Origin: Thalia democratica
Lineage: Eukaryota
DNA length: 64,000 nucleotides
Assembly: GCA_965202585.1 (NCBI GenBank)
Contig: OZ241830.1
Span: forward strand, 69,874,001-69,938,000
Reading direction: 5' to 3'
Shown one piece after another: positions 22,575 to 36,860 of the stretch (the first letter of the stretch is position 1; every line of letters begins with the position of its first letter). The notes under the pieces are model-generated. The model saw only the letters and a list, made by a program, of their open reading frames with translations. It was not told where the DNA came from and made no database searches. Position numbers and translations under genes: made by a program.

Positions 22575-22915
22575 AAAAACTATACATCAATCACAATTTC
22601 AGTCTGCAAAAAGAGAGAGCAAATCTGCAAGTCAACAAGACTTACGAGCAAAAAGTTGTTTTGCCACCCACGAAAGCGCGTGAGTATCTTATCAGCTGCC
22701 AGACTCAGTCGCCGTTTCACTTGGAAGATGGATGCCTCAACCGAAAAGCATTAAACAAAAAAAATTGTGGCGCCACTTTTTTTCTTGCTTCAACAATTCA
22801 AAGCCCGAAAATCGAAAGAGGCAACTGATAAGCACTGATGGGAAACAACAATGGTGACGTAATGGATACGTCATAAACGTGTTTTTCAGTTTAGAAGCGT
22901 TTTTTACTGCTTGTA
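22575..22915 (+). repeat. Module Y, copy 1 (direct copies at 36530-36860 and, partial, 38790-38880)
   Basis: Shared ttttgccacccacgaa, tatcttatcagct, gtcgccg, ggcgccac, ggtgacgt blocks; indels between copies indicate non-coding. Confidence 0.75.
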
Positions 22916-23059
22916 AGCATTTTTAAATTACAACTACTTAGGTTAGAGGTAGTGGTTATATTAATGCAGACTTCAGATGTTTGATAGTAAATAAATGTTC
23001 GTATTCATACATGTAACAAAGTGTAAAAAAAAAAAATACAAACTTGAAATCTAAAAAAG

Positions 23060-23330
23060 CAAACCAGTATGTTTGATGTTTCAAAAGTAAAAAAAAATCC
23101 ATTAAAGCTTGATCAAGCGAGCAAAATTTCATGATGGCAGCCGCAAGTGTAATTTCGCATGGCAACGAGCGTCGCGGTTACTAAGCAACATATCACCAAG
23201 CAACATATCGACTCGAAATGATTAAGTATCATTATGTATTCTGTTTGCTTTTTACGGATTGATAATTACTGAGTCTAATGCAAAATGTGGTTTATATGGC
23301 TTCGTTCGCTGTCGTATGAAAAGTAAATTT
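23060..23330 (+). repeat. Module Z, copy 1 (X-box-like cluster)
   Basis: GCATGGCAAC, GTTACTAAGCAAC (23177-23189) and a 15-bp-period AAGCAACATATC repeat; direct copies at 37612-37830 and 39795-40010. Confidence 0.85.
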
Positions 23331-26300
23331 TCTTTAAACACATGGGAAAATAGAGTAGTCAAGAAAAAAAAAATTGAACGGAAAAGTAAGTTGACATAAA
23401 ACTAAACTGTTTATTTTAAAAACAAAATTTAATTTAATTAACTGATTTAATTACTTAAAAACGTTTCAATAACTTTGTTACTTAATTTTTTTATTTAAAA
23501 AGGGTTAAGCTTAAGTTTTTAGTCGAAAGTAGCAATAATCGATATAACTTTATTATCCATAGGCGAACACTTGCTTTTATAGTAGATTGCAAATAAAATT
23601 TATCAGGCACAATTTCATGTAAGGGTGCCACCATGGCAGGCATGTGTTAGAAGCTTATTACTATAGAAACTGTTTAAACTCGATACTATGAAAGCAATGA
23701 CAAATAGGCAAATTAGAAGACACGGTGAAACTTCAAATTTTAAGGCAAGTAGTTTTTAAACCAAAAAATAGATGTTAAAAGCTTATCGTAAAAAGCGACA
23801 CAAGTATAATTAAATGTCTGATACCATGTTGGCCATCCGGACATTAAAATTGTTTTATGAAAAATTACGCTAACTTTTTTGTGTGTAATTTGTAGTTGCA
23901 ATGTTTAAGAATTTTGTGCGGAAGCAATTTGCGAATTTTTGGTGAGCAAAAAAAATGAAATTTTGTCTAACTTTAGGTATTTTCAAATGAAACTTTCAGA
24001 TACAAACTATAGTTACACTTGACAGATTTATACGACTGTTTGCATTTATTACGATCATTCAATATAGATTTTTTTTTTAATTAGCTGTAAACGACATGAA
24101 AATACTAAGTATGCTGGAAACAATAATTTAAATTTTTCATTAATTGTCACAACAAACATTCTACTGCCTAGCTCACTTTATGAAATAATATTTTTGTTAC
24201 TTTGAATTTGATTGTAAATTAATTCATGGGATTTACTTAATATATGTAAAGTCACTAAGCAACAAAACTTTCTATTCCGTATTTAAACATTTTCGAACTT
24301 AAACAGTTAAAACCCGTTCTTTTCAGTTAGCTTTTAAACTTCCAAAAATTGTTTCATAAATAAACAAAATAAAATTGATTTATGCTTTATTTATCGCAAA
24401 TCCTAAAGCAACTTACTCCTTTAAATAAGGTAAACATCCTTTAAAATTATAAATGTAAATTCGAAGGAATACAATGCTATCAATCATTAAAAGGATTTAA
24501 AAAAAGATTTGAATAGGGATAAAAAAATAAACAAGTTTGAAGAAGATTTTAAGATTTTAAGAAAACAAATTTTATTGGGGACTGATTTTATCAGTTTAAG
24601 ATTTACTTTATATATCACCATGGCTCATATGTAAACTTTACTAAATTTACTACAAAGTTGATGTTGTCGGCTCCCTAAAGTTTAAATTTCAAGCACTTTA
24701 TTTTTAAATTCAAAATCTGTTTAACCGTATATGTTATAAAAATTTAAAATTAAAATAATCATTGGAGCTTTTTAAGAACACGTTCTGATTTTAGTTTTAA
24801 CTTATCTTTACAAAAAAATATTACTAAAAACTGTTTTTAAAATAATTAGTTTTTAAATCATTTGAAAAAAAAAGTATTTTTATCATACTCAATAGGGTTT
24901 CGTTAAAAAGAATTATATCAGTAACTAATTTCGATGTTCTAATGAAAATTTCTCATGTGTTTGATGTTGCCTGCAGCTTGTAACAACCAAACCAGAAAAT
25001 TAACAAAAAACATTGCTTTTGTTGTGTGTTAGTAAATAAGATGAACACGTATTTTTTTTGTTTATACTTTAAAAGGTTTTGTATTGTTAGTTTTTAAATC
25101 AATCAAAAAAATATTTTTTCATGTTTTATCGATTAAAACAAACTTAGCTTAAGTGCTATAGAATACATAGTTTTATTAACTTCATTTTAATATAAGTAAT
25201 TTAATTAAGACTGAATTTCGAACATAATGAAATAATGTTACCTTCAGTGGTATTGTGTCATTTGTTTTAGTGAAAAAAGTAAAAAGTAAACAACGTTTTA
25301 GTTATGTATGTAAAAAAAAAAATTTACATATCAAACTATTTTTAAACTATTTTGTTTTGAAAACTTCTAATAACAACTTTTCAAAGTATTTTTGTTATTG
25401 TCAACCTAAGAATATCGACAATACATACCTGTTTTCAATTGTATTATGCTACTCAGTTTTTAAACTTAATTCAAAAATACTACAAGTACATAGTTTGAAA
25501 TAGGTAAAATACTAAGCTTATCCAATCAAAATAAAAATGCAAATTTCCTAAACCTTTTTTGTACTTGTAATACAAACAGCTGGATCATTAAGTCGAAATA
25601 TTTATTTATATCACAGTCAAAGTGTGACGAAAATCTTAAATAATTATTCTTTAAACTCCAGTGATCACGTGTAATTAATCATTCTGAGCTCACTAATTAT
25701 GTTGTCTCACAGTGCACCTGTGTGCTAGATTGGAGTCTTTATTGTAATGTATCATTTGATTACCTGTCAATAGGAAATAATTGTAAAAATATTCAATATC
25801 AGCATCATTATAAAATTTTATAATTGTTTCAAATATAATCAACATAATAAGACACTTCATTCCAAAAAAATTTCCGTTTTATATTCTTGGTGACTTATAT
25901 TTACTATATACAGACTGGAATATTCAAAGCATAACCTACAATAAGTGCCACAAAAAGTTTATCAATTTTGTTTTGGTATCTTTTTACATAACTTATTGAT
26001 TCACCTCAACATAAAGACGGTAACATTCTTGATTTGTTATTGTACAGGTTAGGATAGAGTAGAAGAACTACTTCCTTTGTTCGAATCCCTTTTGTATGAG
26101 AATTTTCAATAACAAAGTCTTAGATGTAAAAAACATAGGCAAAAATAAATTAAGTGCCTAAAACAGTTTATAATAAAAAGAAAAGGTTCAGTACAACTTA
26201 ATTTAACATTTTTGATGTTAAAAATGGCGTCTGGCGATAAAAGCAAAATCAACTTAAACTCACACAAATTTTCAACACAAAAACTTTATAAAACTAAAAA

Positions 26301-29300
26301 TTAGTTCATTTAAGCATTTTTATACATTCTGTAATAGTTTTTATATATATATTTGTAGACAAAACTATTTATGACTATTTATATAATGTTTAACAAGCAA
26401 AAACCGGAAAACTTAACCGTTTGTATGAGTCACTTTATAAAACATTCAACTTTAGTATTATGAATATTTAAAGATAAGCTGTCAGCTGAGAACAACTTTT
26501 ATTTGATCACACTTTATGTAAGTTGCATTATCAAGAATCGATTAATTTCAGCTCTTTAGTGTATTTGTGATTATTTATTTTTTTTGATACAACTTTAGTT
26601 AAACTTTTAGTATTTACACAAGTTGAAATTTTATATTCTGACAGAATGAAATAAAGAAAAATTTTGGTCTATAAATTTTTATCTTTAGATAGCAAGCATA
26701 TCTTTAAAACTGATATCACTTTTATTTAACGTCTTTAATAGTTGTATCAATAAGTTCAACTTAATGTATATATATTTCAAATTTGTACTATAATTAAATT
26801 AGCATTGTATACAGCGTTTTCTGAATGACTTAATGAATTTTTTATTAACTTTGTAAAACTTTTGTTGTAAATATTTAGCTTTTTACATTTTTTAACAAAT
26901 ATTTTTGATAATTTATAGCAAAGCCTAGTATTTTGATATAGAATTTTGCTTTCAACTTTCATGTTAGTGGATTTTGATTTTAAAAATAAGTTTTTGCTTA
27001 AATTCTATTTCTTAAATATACTTTTGGATTCTTTAGATGTTTTTGTTGTTAACAACGAGTTGAAAAACTAATTCCTTTGGATTAAAGCTAAAAGTACACC
27101 CAGTTGAACTCATACAAACGACACGTGTCTGCTCAAATACTGTAATATGACTTAACAACACGTCATAATGCGCCGCTCAAAGCTTCCTGACAATGAGCTC
27201 CCGTAGGACTTTCTGCTGCATCAAATGGCGACGTTTTTACTGCTCCCGTGACGTTTCTTCGCTTTTTATATTTCTTTGTGTCTGCTTGCATGCTTGTGTT
27301 CTTTTGTTTGTATTTAAAAGTCAAAGTGTCGCAGTCCAGATTGAAGGCACGAAATCAATCATACTTATGTCACCTGAACTGCATTACAACTTGGCAGCTG
27401 ACCTCAACAGCTATTATGACGTCACAGCAAGACTTGAACTCAAGATGTTTTTTACAATGTTTTTTTTTTTTTGAATAATTAATCAAAATTTCTTTAATTC
27501 TTAAATGAAAAACAAAATGTTTAGAAATAAAGTTGATTTTTTTTGCCAAGGTTTGATCTTTTAAATAAGTAAATTCGTTACAAAATTATATAAACTTTAA
27601 AATAAAAATTCAAAACTTTGCAACATCAATCTGTTTAAACTTTTGGTTAATTTAAGCTATGAAAAACTAAAAATTAAAACATGTAGTGCTTCAGTTCACT
27701 AAAAATTAAAAACATGTTGAATCAATGGCAAGTACAGAGAATCACTTTGCAGTCGATAATATATGTCGGCTGTCGCGACACAAGCAGACATAAACCGCTA
27801 CTTTTTGGGTTTTCTGTTGTTATTATAACCATGTACCCCTGCAATTTTTACCTTGTTGTCTTGTTTGTTTTCTGTTGTTAAGTAAAATAAAAGATTTGAG
27901 TTAATCCTTTAATAACTTTCGTTTGAAAACTGTTTTTGTTTGCGAAAGACATTGTAACTTTTATTGTAACTTTTGTTTATTAGCAATTTTTTTTTATATT
28001 ACTAAAAGATTAATAGTCACGGATGTCAGAATTGCTCACTAAGACATTTTTTATTTTAACGTTTATAAACGTCGTTTTTTATAAATAATTTGTTATGTTC
28101 TTTTAACTTCGTTATATTTTTATGGAATATTAGTTTCACTTGCTATTTCCACTTAGTTGAGTATCGAATAACATAAAATCAATCAAGTAAAACACAATTT
28201 CGATTAAAAATTAGAACAGTGATATATTAACAATTAAAAGAGAGTGTATAGAGAGATTTGAGTCAATACCTTCCAGCAACCTATGTTAGCGGCAAAACTT
28301 ACTTCTAGTAATTAGAATGAAATATTATTTTTCTTGGTTATTATAAAGAAGTTTTTTTAAACAATTTTTATTTCCTAAAAGATTTATATAATTTAAAGTT
28401 TGATTAATTAGTTCTCATTTTATATTAAAAACATTTTACAACATATAACTGTTTATCGTACGATAAAAAAGCGCTCAAAAAGTTTGGTCTAACAACCGCT
28501 GTAAAAAAGAAACATTCGGTTATCGAATCGTATATCATATATGCACACAAAATATGTCTACATAGTAAATCATATAATATTGTTTGTCTAGTCAGAAATA
28601 TTGTTTTAAATACTGTTTTTGCATAAAGTTATTAACACTTTATTATTGTTTATTGACATGGTTTTTATAATACAATATAAAACTCGTTTATTATGCCTAG
28701 TTTATATAAAATAGCATTTAGTACTTTTCAGTATAGTTATTTATATATATGTTTAAATTTAATTTGGGTTATAGTGTGGGTGTAAAGTACACTATAGTTA
28801 TATTATTTTGTTAATTTCGGTAACCAATTTTCTTGGTAGGTTAGACTAATGTTATATATTTCAAATAAAGGTTAGTCTTATATACAACTATTTTTTTATA
28901 AATATTGCAAAAAGTACCACTTATTAAAAGTATCAAGCATTAAATTTTAAAAAATAATTTAAGACCAAACTTAAATAGATATAAAAACTAAAAAAAAAGT
29001 TTTAAGAAAGTTTGAATAACATATAAAATTGTTCTCGTATCTACTTGTTTTTTGTATATTGTTTACGCCATAGGAAAGCTAGCATTTTCGAAAGCGTCTC
29101 AAGTTTGAACTTACAACCTCGAACAAAAATGACGTCCTTTCGGACGTTTATTGAATTTCCGACAGAATTGCAGCTTACTGAGATACAAAATCGTTTTAAA
29201 CTAATTATTAAAATAAAATAGAGTGAGAAGAATTGATGTTTTTTCAAAAGTTTTAATTAAAAAATTCTATTATTTAAAAACTATTGATAATTATTTTTGA

Positions 29301-29989
29301 AATTGTTTAAATTGTAAAGAAATTGTTTATCACCAACCTTAAATACTCTTTATGGTTTTTCTATTTCGATGGATTATAGTTGCAATTTAATCGATAAATA
29401 CGAAAAGTACACTAAATTAAGTGATCACTTAATAAGTATTTAGTAAAAAACAGAAAACATCGACTAGTTTGTTTTGTTATTGCAACGTTAAACTATATTA
29501 TTTTTAATGATTATTTCTAGCACAGCCTGTAATCTATGTTGAAAAAAGTTGTGTTTTAATAGTTTACTACGATGTTTTGGCATCATAACAACAGCGACAA
29601 CTTAAAGGAGAAAATGTAACAACAATCTATAAAAAAAATTTCTAACATAACAAGTTGACTAAGTAAGCTACACACAAACTAATCGTCAATATGTTGATAT
29701 TACAAGCGGTATAAATCAAACAAGAGGTTAAGTGATAGAATAAAAGTTCTTCTGTAGTTTGTTAAGTTCACCATTAGTGTCGACGAGCCGTCGTCGGCGT
29801 TGATTATGACGTCATAAGGTGAGCCACATCGGTGTCGCTTAGTAGTAAGACAACTTGTAATGTTAACTTGTTATTAATTTTATGTAACTTATTATATATT
29901 TATAACTTGTTTCCGATTTTTAAAAATATAACAACCGTCTATCATTGCATTATACATACTATGTAAGCTTAAAAAAGCTTTTTTAGTCT

Positions 29990-30212
29990 TTCAAAGGTCG
30001 GCAAGGGCAATTGAGACAGAAACAAGCCTCAATTCGACGTCGCAAGTTGCTTGTCGGCCGACGTCAGGTTCGTGTGTGAGATCGGAACCTTTTAATTGCT
30101 CCTCCCCAATTTGCAGCGAGGTTGCCTAGCAACAACCGGCATTTATTTGTGATTGACACATTCCACTGAGCACACTCAAGTGTCCTGTTTTGAAGTTACG
30201 TCACAGTAGCGG
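29990..30212 (-). promoter_or_regulatory. Intron-2 conserved element (pseudogene copy C)
   Basis: Matches A and B closely although flanking AT-rich sequence is only ~65-70% alike; X-box-like motif 30121-30133 intact. Confidence 0.6.
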
Positions 30213-32923
30213 TTTGAGCTAGTCTTATAGAATAGTAATCACTTTTACTTTGAAAATAGAAATTTATTTTCTATAAAATTTAACGTCATGCTCAGGCGAG
30301 CGTGAATGTAATAAGTGACATAAAAAAGTTGAAAAGAGTTTTAAAAAATAAAATTAAAACAAGTGTTAAAACAAGTTTGGGGTTTCAAGCTGCTAATAAG
30401 AGATATTAGACTCAATTAAAAAAATACATATATGTAAATTATCCTTTTTTACAAAAAAGGTACGATAAAAAAAAATTTTGAGTAAAATTTATAGAAATGT
30501 TTATATGGGCGGCCAAAAATCAGATAGAAGTTGAATGAAGTTATTTTTGTTTAAAGTTGTGAAATATTCATGATGCTGCCGACAGAAGAACGCAATAAAA
30601 GAGACACTTTTCACACAACCGTTACATTGGAAAAAAGTGTGCGTATTGAGAGAATAAAACATGACTGTAAAATGTGAATTTTACTTCGCAACTATTTTGT
30701 TGCACGAGTATGTCATTTATAATGATATAAATCTGTTTTTAGAAGTAATGGTCGGTTAAACCTACTTTGTAAAATATTTATACTTAAAAGTATAAACGAC
30801 ATTTTTATGCGTACATTTAAAATGTATGATTAAGTGTAGTTGAGCAATTTAATTGCTTGGGTTTTTGTTTTAATCTAAGCAATTTTTTGAACTGAATAAA
30901 AACCGATAAAACAATCAGTTTCATTTTAATATATTTATTATGATTAAAAACTCTGATTCATACGAGAGTTTTAGCCAAGTATAAATTGATTTTAAACCGT
31001 TGATCAGTTTAGCTAATTATTAAAATCAACTTTTATTTTGATATACTTGAAAAATAATGCCGTCTTGTGAAAAAAAGTTTTGATTGCTAATAAAAGTTTT
31101 CCTGTATTTATAATAAAAAAAATAATTAAAGCTTAGTATAAAATTTAAATTTAACTTTAAATTTTTTACTTAACTAGAAAAAGCAGCAGGTTATGATTAT
31201 AACTGGCAATTTAAGTGGCAGTCAGCAATTAAAACTGATGCTGTCAATTGTCGACAATTGAACATGTAAAGCATTTCGAAATCTATTTTTAAATTGTTTT
31301 TAAACTTTGCTGTTAGGTTGTTTCTTGTCGAAAATTAAATGGGAGCTGAAAACATTTTTCCACAAGGTTTTTTTGTCAATGAATGCTTAAATGTTTTTAT
31401 AAATTATGTGTATCAAAAGGAGTTGAATCATGTTTATTGCTAAAGCAATCGTTTAAGCATTTTAACATTTTATAAATTGCACGAATGTTGTAGCTTTGAA
31501 TAACCTTGCTTATGTATAAAAGATTTTTTTTTAATGCTAAACAAGTGACGGTTTTCAAAACCTCAAAGAGCTTTAAAACCTACATCATTTGAATAATTAA
31601 TGCAGCAAAGTAATCAGGTAAACAATTTTGCGATTATACAGTTAAAAGTGCTACTTCTTACATTGCATGTTGAATTATTTATTTATATTTGTAATAAAAC
31701 ACGAAAGGCAAATTTGTGTAAAATTCTTAATTTAATTATTGATATTAAACTTTTGCTTAGCCTAATCACTTTGTCCAGCTAGATTTTAGCACAAGTATTT
31801 TAACTTATTTGTTAAAGTAAATAAAATTAGATGTTTCACCTACTAATAAAAAGTGTTTTTTTTGATAAATTTTATCAAACTATTTTTTTAATAAGTTAGA
31901 GTACACTATTAAACTATTTTCGAAACTAGCAATTTTCAATAGACATGCAGTTTGAAAAACTATTAAAAAACATTTGACAATTGTACGTCTAAAAAATTTT
32001 GTTGAGCATTTGTTTTGGAATTTTTGAGTTAAAAAATATATTTTTTGAAAAGTTTTTTTTTAATTGTTTAATAACAATATAAATTAATTTAAATTTTTCT
32101 TATGTCATTTGTTTACATGTTTTTCCGGATCTTTGTCCAAAAAATAAAACACACGAAAAAGCTTAACTGATGTTATATCAACACGCTTTAAAATTATTCA
32201 CTTCCCATGTGAGTTAATCGAACTGACAGTTTGTTAGGTCAACAAGCGAAATCAACTTGACAAATGGAAAAATTTAAATTACTTTTGTTTTTAAAATATT
32301 AATTTAAAAGCCTAAACCAAAAAGGTGCTTTAAATCAACAGTGTCAGAATTAAAAGTTCAAATTTGTTTTTTCGCTAAATATTCTTTAACTGATAATGTG
32401 TCATTAGCAACTTTAAATAATCGTCTTTTAAGAAGTTTTAGTTTTTCAAAACCTCGCTTTCTATCGCTTAAAAAATGGTAAAAATTTTATTAGTCAAAAG
32501 CGTTTTATTTGTTCATTTTTAAGACAGTAGAAGAAATATCGTATTTTTTGCAACAATTCTGTTATACTTATTTATTATTATTTACTATCTGAACATTAAG
32601 TTCTCATTATCTTGGACACTGGAAATAAAAACCGTTTAAATTTAATATGTAAAGTGTGAAAAATTTAATTTTATACTTTCTTTAAAGTTGGAGAAGTTAC
32701 TATATCCAGATTGTTTATAAAATTTTGTAAATTTTAAAGTATATCATATTTTACATAAGCTGTTTTCACTTTCAAACCGATTTAAATTTTTTTTTAACTT
32801 AAATATATTTTATGACATATTAATACTATAGTTCTTGAACATAAACATTATTTGTTTATTTATAAGTTTTAATTTGTTACAAACACAAACTTTAAAACTA
32901 GTATGTTTAAATAGTTAATGAAC

Positions 32924-33098
32924 TGAAGTAGTCGTTTTTGAAGTAAGGTTTATAGTCCCTAATAAAGCATATCTGCCAGGTTGCGACCACAAGCGGCGCA
33001 CTTGAGACATTTTGAATGCCAGTCAACCCCTTGTGAGGTGCTGATGTAAGAGACGTGAATCAAGTGACCACAAGTCATAGAAGTCCTCGTACCAAAAT
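32924..33098 (-). pseudogene. Isl: Islet C LIM1 exon relic
   Basis: Reads [43 protein letters not shown], then an 8-nt deletion shifts the frame to TAG. First Cys is Ser, last Cys is Phe, and a further 1-nt deletion occurs near the donor. Confidence 0.92.
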
Positions 33099-36000
33099 CT
33101 AAATATTGTTTCGTTATTTACATTACTATATTTTATTTGATTTATTTTAGGTAATATATTAAATCAATAAACTGTGTATGTATTGAAATGTAACAACTTT
33201 TATATTACAGTAGAATTAAAACTAATTTTGGCTGATTAATTAGACTTATATTGCTCAGGTAGTTATAATATTTTATAAATCTATATGCCGGTTAATTAGC
33301 TATTAAAAAGTTAATAAATTTTTTACGTAACACCTTCTTTATTTCCTTATTGACATTTATTTTGATTAAGTTAAACTGAATACCAAGATACAAAAGCAGA
33401 GATTAATTTTAAACTTGTAAATATTATTTTAACATATATTTCACAACTAAATTATCTTTTTATATCATTATCTATCTTATTACAGTTTTCTAAAATTCAA
33501 CTTTTAATTGATTTAATTATTTAGTTTATTTTTATAGCCAATTTTTTCAAATTTAGCCAAAATTGCCAAAAATTTGGAAAATTTGTTTAATTTTTATGTG
33601 CCACACTGTACTTAGTTTAATATAAATAATATCTAAAAGAATCTAAAATACATATTAACTTCAGTGTACAGTACAATTTTGCCACTCCTGCGCAAATCAA
33701 TAAAGTCAAAAGTTAACTTTTCAAGTCAGGTGGCTCATCGATGCATAAAATGCTTCAATAAAACGTGAGAACTTATCAACTTCAACCTTAAAGGTAAATT
33801 TCACTGCTCATGCTCAGCTGTTAGGGTCTTATTACACATTGTTTTTATCGTTTGATTCGAAACAACCTAACCTGACCACCTTTTCTATTGTTACGTCACC
33901 ACATATTTCAACGCTTGGTTGAGTTAAAGCCGTCATTTTAACCTGTATTTACACAACAATTCTGTTGGGTGTAGTGTTTCGCCCGTAGCCCTTTTATGTA
34001 TGGGATTTTCACACACATATCTGTTATAGCGCAAAACAGGTTTGAAGTAAAACTTGGATCTTTGTTTGTTAAAACACCAATCATGAGCATTTAAATAAAT
34101 AAACAAGAAATGTTTTATAATAAAGGACAAAAAAAAGACTTTTTAGTTTTCAACATCAACTTAAAATAAACTATGACTGTTGGTCCTTCACTATAGTTAA
34201 AAATTACAAAAATCTACAAATTGTTTAGAAAAACTCTAACTTCTTTAAACGAACCAACTTTAATTTAAGTTTTTTAGTGTAATAGATGAACATTTTTTCA
34301 GTTTTCTTTTATACTTCTTGTCTGGTGCATTTCTAACAGAGATCTGAACGCAGCAGTAACATTTTAAGAATGCAATTATTTTATTCTACCATGTATCGCT
34401 CAATTATAGATATATGTCACTGCACTAATTTTCATAATGAGAAACAGTAAAAAAAATTAAAAACAAGTTTGAGTATAAAATTATTTTTTGGTTTGTTTAA
34501 TTTTTGTGCATCAGTGTTAAACAGTTTTAGTGTTTCGATAATAAAATTGTTGCTTATGTGGTCGTGAAAGCATCACTCAATAAAAAACTTTTTAACTCGT
34601 TTATTTTAGTGGAGTTTAAGAACCCTAGAGCTCAGTTTTCATACTTTTTTAAAAAGACTATAAAATATGTTGTATTTATATATCAGGTTTCCAAATTACA
34701 CTCGTTGCTTTGCTAATAAACATACAAGCCGTTTTGTTAAGATAAAATTGTTTGTGTTTTCATTGACTACATTTTAACATAATTGTTTCACTAAACTTTT
34801 AAGGGACACTATTATAGTAGATTTTGTTATGACAAAAACATGTTTAGAAACAAAAACGTGAATCATGTAACGGAAACAAGATGATCTAGACTTAAATGGT
34901 GAACGTCAGCTTTTCCTAATTCGTTCGAAATCTGAATGACATAAAGATAAGCAATGAATGGAAAATATGTTCGTAAATTTTTGTCGATGCTTTTTTACGG
35001 ATTAAATAGGAAATTGTATTTGAAATACCGTAAAAAGTAATGGCTAATTTATGGTGTGCACAAAAAAAAGTTTAAATTATAAATAAGCATAAGCTACCTA
35101 CAAAAAGAGACATTGATAGTTTATTTATTTCGTGCTCATAAAAAAGAACTTGTTGCTATGAGAAGAGACAAATCTGCAAATAAAAGTTTAATTAACATAT
35201 TTCGTAATAAATGACTTCAGGCTTGATGAAAAATTTACGATGAATAAACAATTTGTACTTTAAATATAGTAAACATATAAAACAAGTAGATTTTTTTGAG
35301 GTCGTGTATATTTCCCTTTGACGTGACAGCTAAAACGTTTGGCTTTTTCTTTTGTGATCATATAAACAAAACAAATAGTTTTCGTCTTCGTGTTGGTGTT
35401 CAATATATTAACCATATGCTTCAGTTGACAGTAAAGTTGTCGATAATATGTTTTCTACTTAACTAAACTGTTAGATTTCAATCACGGTCAGATAAGTTTT
35501 TATTTTAACTATTTATTCAAATTCAATTAAATGCCACAGATAACTCCGAATACAAGAGTATTTTATTTATTGTTTGAAAATTACTTTATTTTGCTGTCAG
35601 CGCATAGGGCTTGTGTGAAGGCGAGTAAAAACAAATAGACTAATATGTTATAGAAATTTGAAAAGTGATAGATAACAAAAAAGATTATAACAAATATTTT
35701 TAGTGATATTATGCTTTTTTATAATTCACGCGACGTAAGACTCTTTACGGTTTTAGTTTTTGTTTATTTAAGTTCTTATGTCTTTAAACATAACCAATGG
35801 ACTAAGAACAACTTAAGTCTAAATTATTTTTTCAATTGTGAATCTAGACGAGAGAACTTTTAATTTCTTTTTTTCTACACTTTTTAAAACTTAATTTGGT
35901 AAAACCATATAAAGTGATAAAAATAAAAGAGTTTTCTTTCAAAAATTTTTAAAACAATATGTAAAAAAAGTTTTAGCATTATGAAGTAAACATTTTTCAG

Positions 36001-36529
36001 TTTTCAGATACAAAATACTAATGATAACCAAAAAAGCAAAAATTTGTTCTTTGATAATGTAATACTAAATATAAATATGTTTCAAAATTGTTGAAAGATA
36101 AAACTAAATTTTCTTAAGTGTATATGTATAAATTTATTGAAAAAAAGTCTCATAAAACGTTTAGATTTATCTTAATAACATCTATATTAGTTGTTACCTG
36201 TATTTAAAAATTTTTTTCAACTTAGCAGACTCGTTCTTTAACAATTTTAATAACTTTTTTTTACACTAAGTTTTCTTATGAATCTTTTTATTTAGTGTAA
36301 AATTATGCTTAAAGTTTTGAAGTTAAGGTTTTTTAAGTACTAGTCTCGACCAATTTTATAATATTTCATCTATTAAATATCTTTTGTTATTGATTACTGT
36401 TTTTAAAATACTTTTTTAATGACCAGTGAGTAAAAGTCAGAAATCAGTAAAAAAAAACAAATAAAACTTTTACACGTTTTCTACAACCTATTTCGAGTAA
36501 ACATATATTTTTACTACCATATATAAAAT

Positions 36530-36860
36530 TTCACATCAATCACAATTGCATTCTAAACAGCCATCTAATCCACAAGTCAACAAATCTCATCTTACACTCT
36601 ACAACTTTTGCCACCCACGAACTGCACGAATATCTTATCAGCTACCCGAGAATTTGTCGCCGTATTGTTTGGAAGATCGATGTATCAACAAAAGTGGAAA
36701 ATGCTGCAGTCTACACTAAAGGTGAGTTGGCGCCACATTTTCATTTCACAGTTTTAAAGTGAAAATAAAAGACTGATGCGCTCGACATGGTGACGTCATT
36801 GTTGCGTCACAAATGTTTTTCAGACTCGAAGCTTCTTTGACTGCTTGTAGAGATACTAAA
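36530..36860 (+). repeat. Module Y, copy 2
   Basis: Direct repeat of 22575-22915. Confidence 0.75.

Larger units (their letters stand above)
25640..33098 (-). pseudogene. Isl: Third Islet copy (C), heavily deleted pseudogene
   Basis: Collinear with copy B: 3' element (~25650-25790), intron-4 element (26461-26580), nearly all of intron 2 (~27095-32923) and a broken exon 2. I found no trace of exons 1 or 3-7. Confidence 0.85.

Noticed and set aside
22466-22828. 120-aa ORF over module Y (and 38733-38942)
   Set aside because: Non-triplet indels between Y copies; no recognisable domain.
22956-23165. Similar-looking minus-strand ORFs (PCEITLAA / PCKITLAA, also 37502-37720)
   Set aside because: Start at TTG right after in-frame TAG TAA, changes are mostly replacements, and similarity ends with module Z.
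26060-26100. cttcctttgttcgaatccc as a relic of the homeobox exon of copy C
   Set aside because: Match too short and AT-rich to separate from chance.
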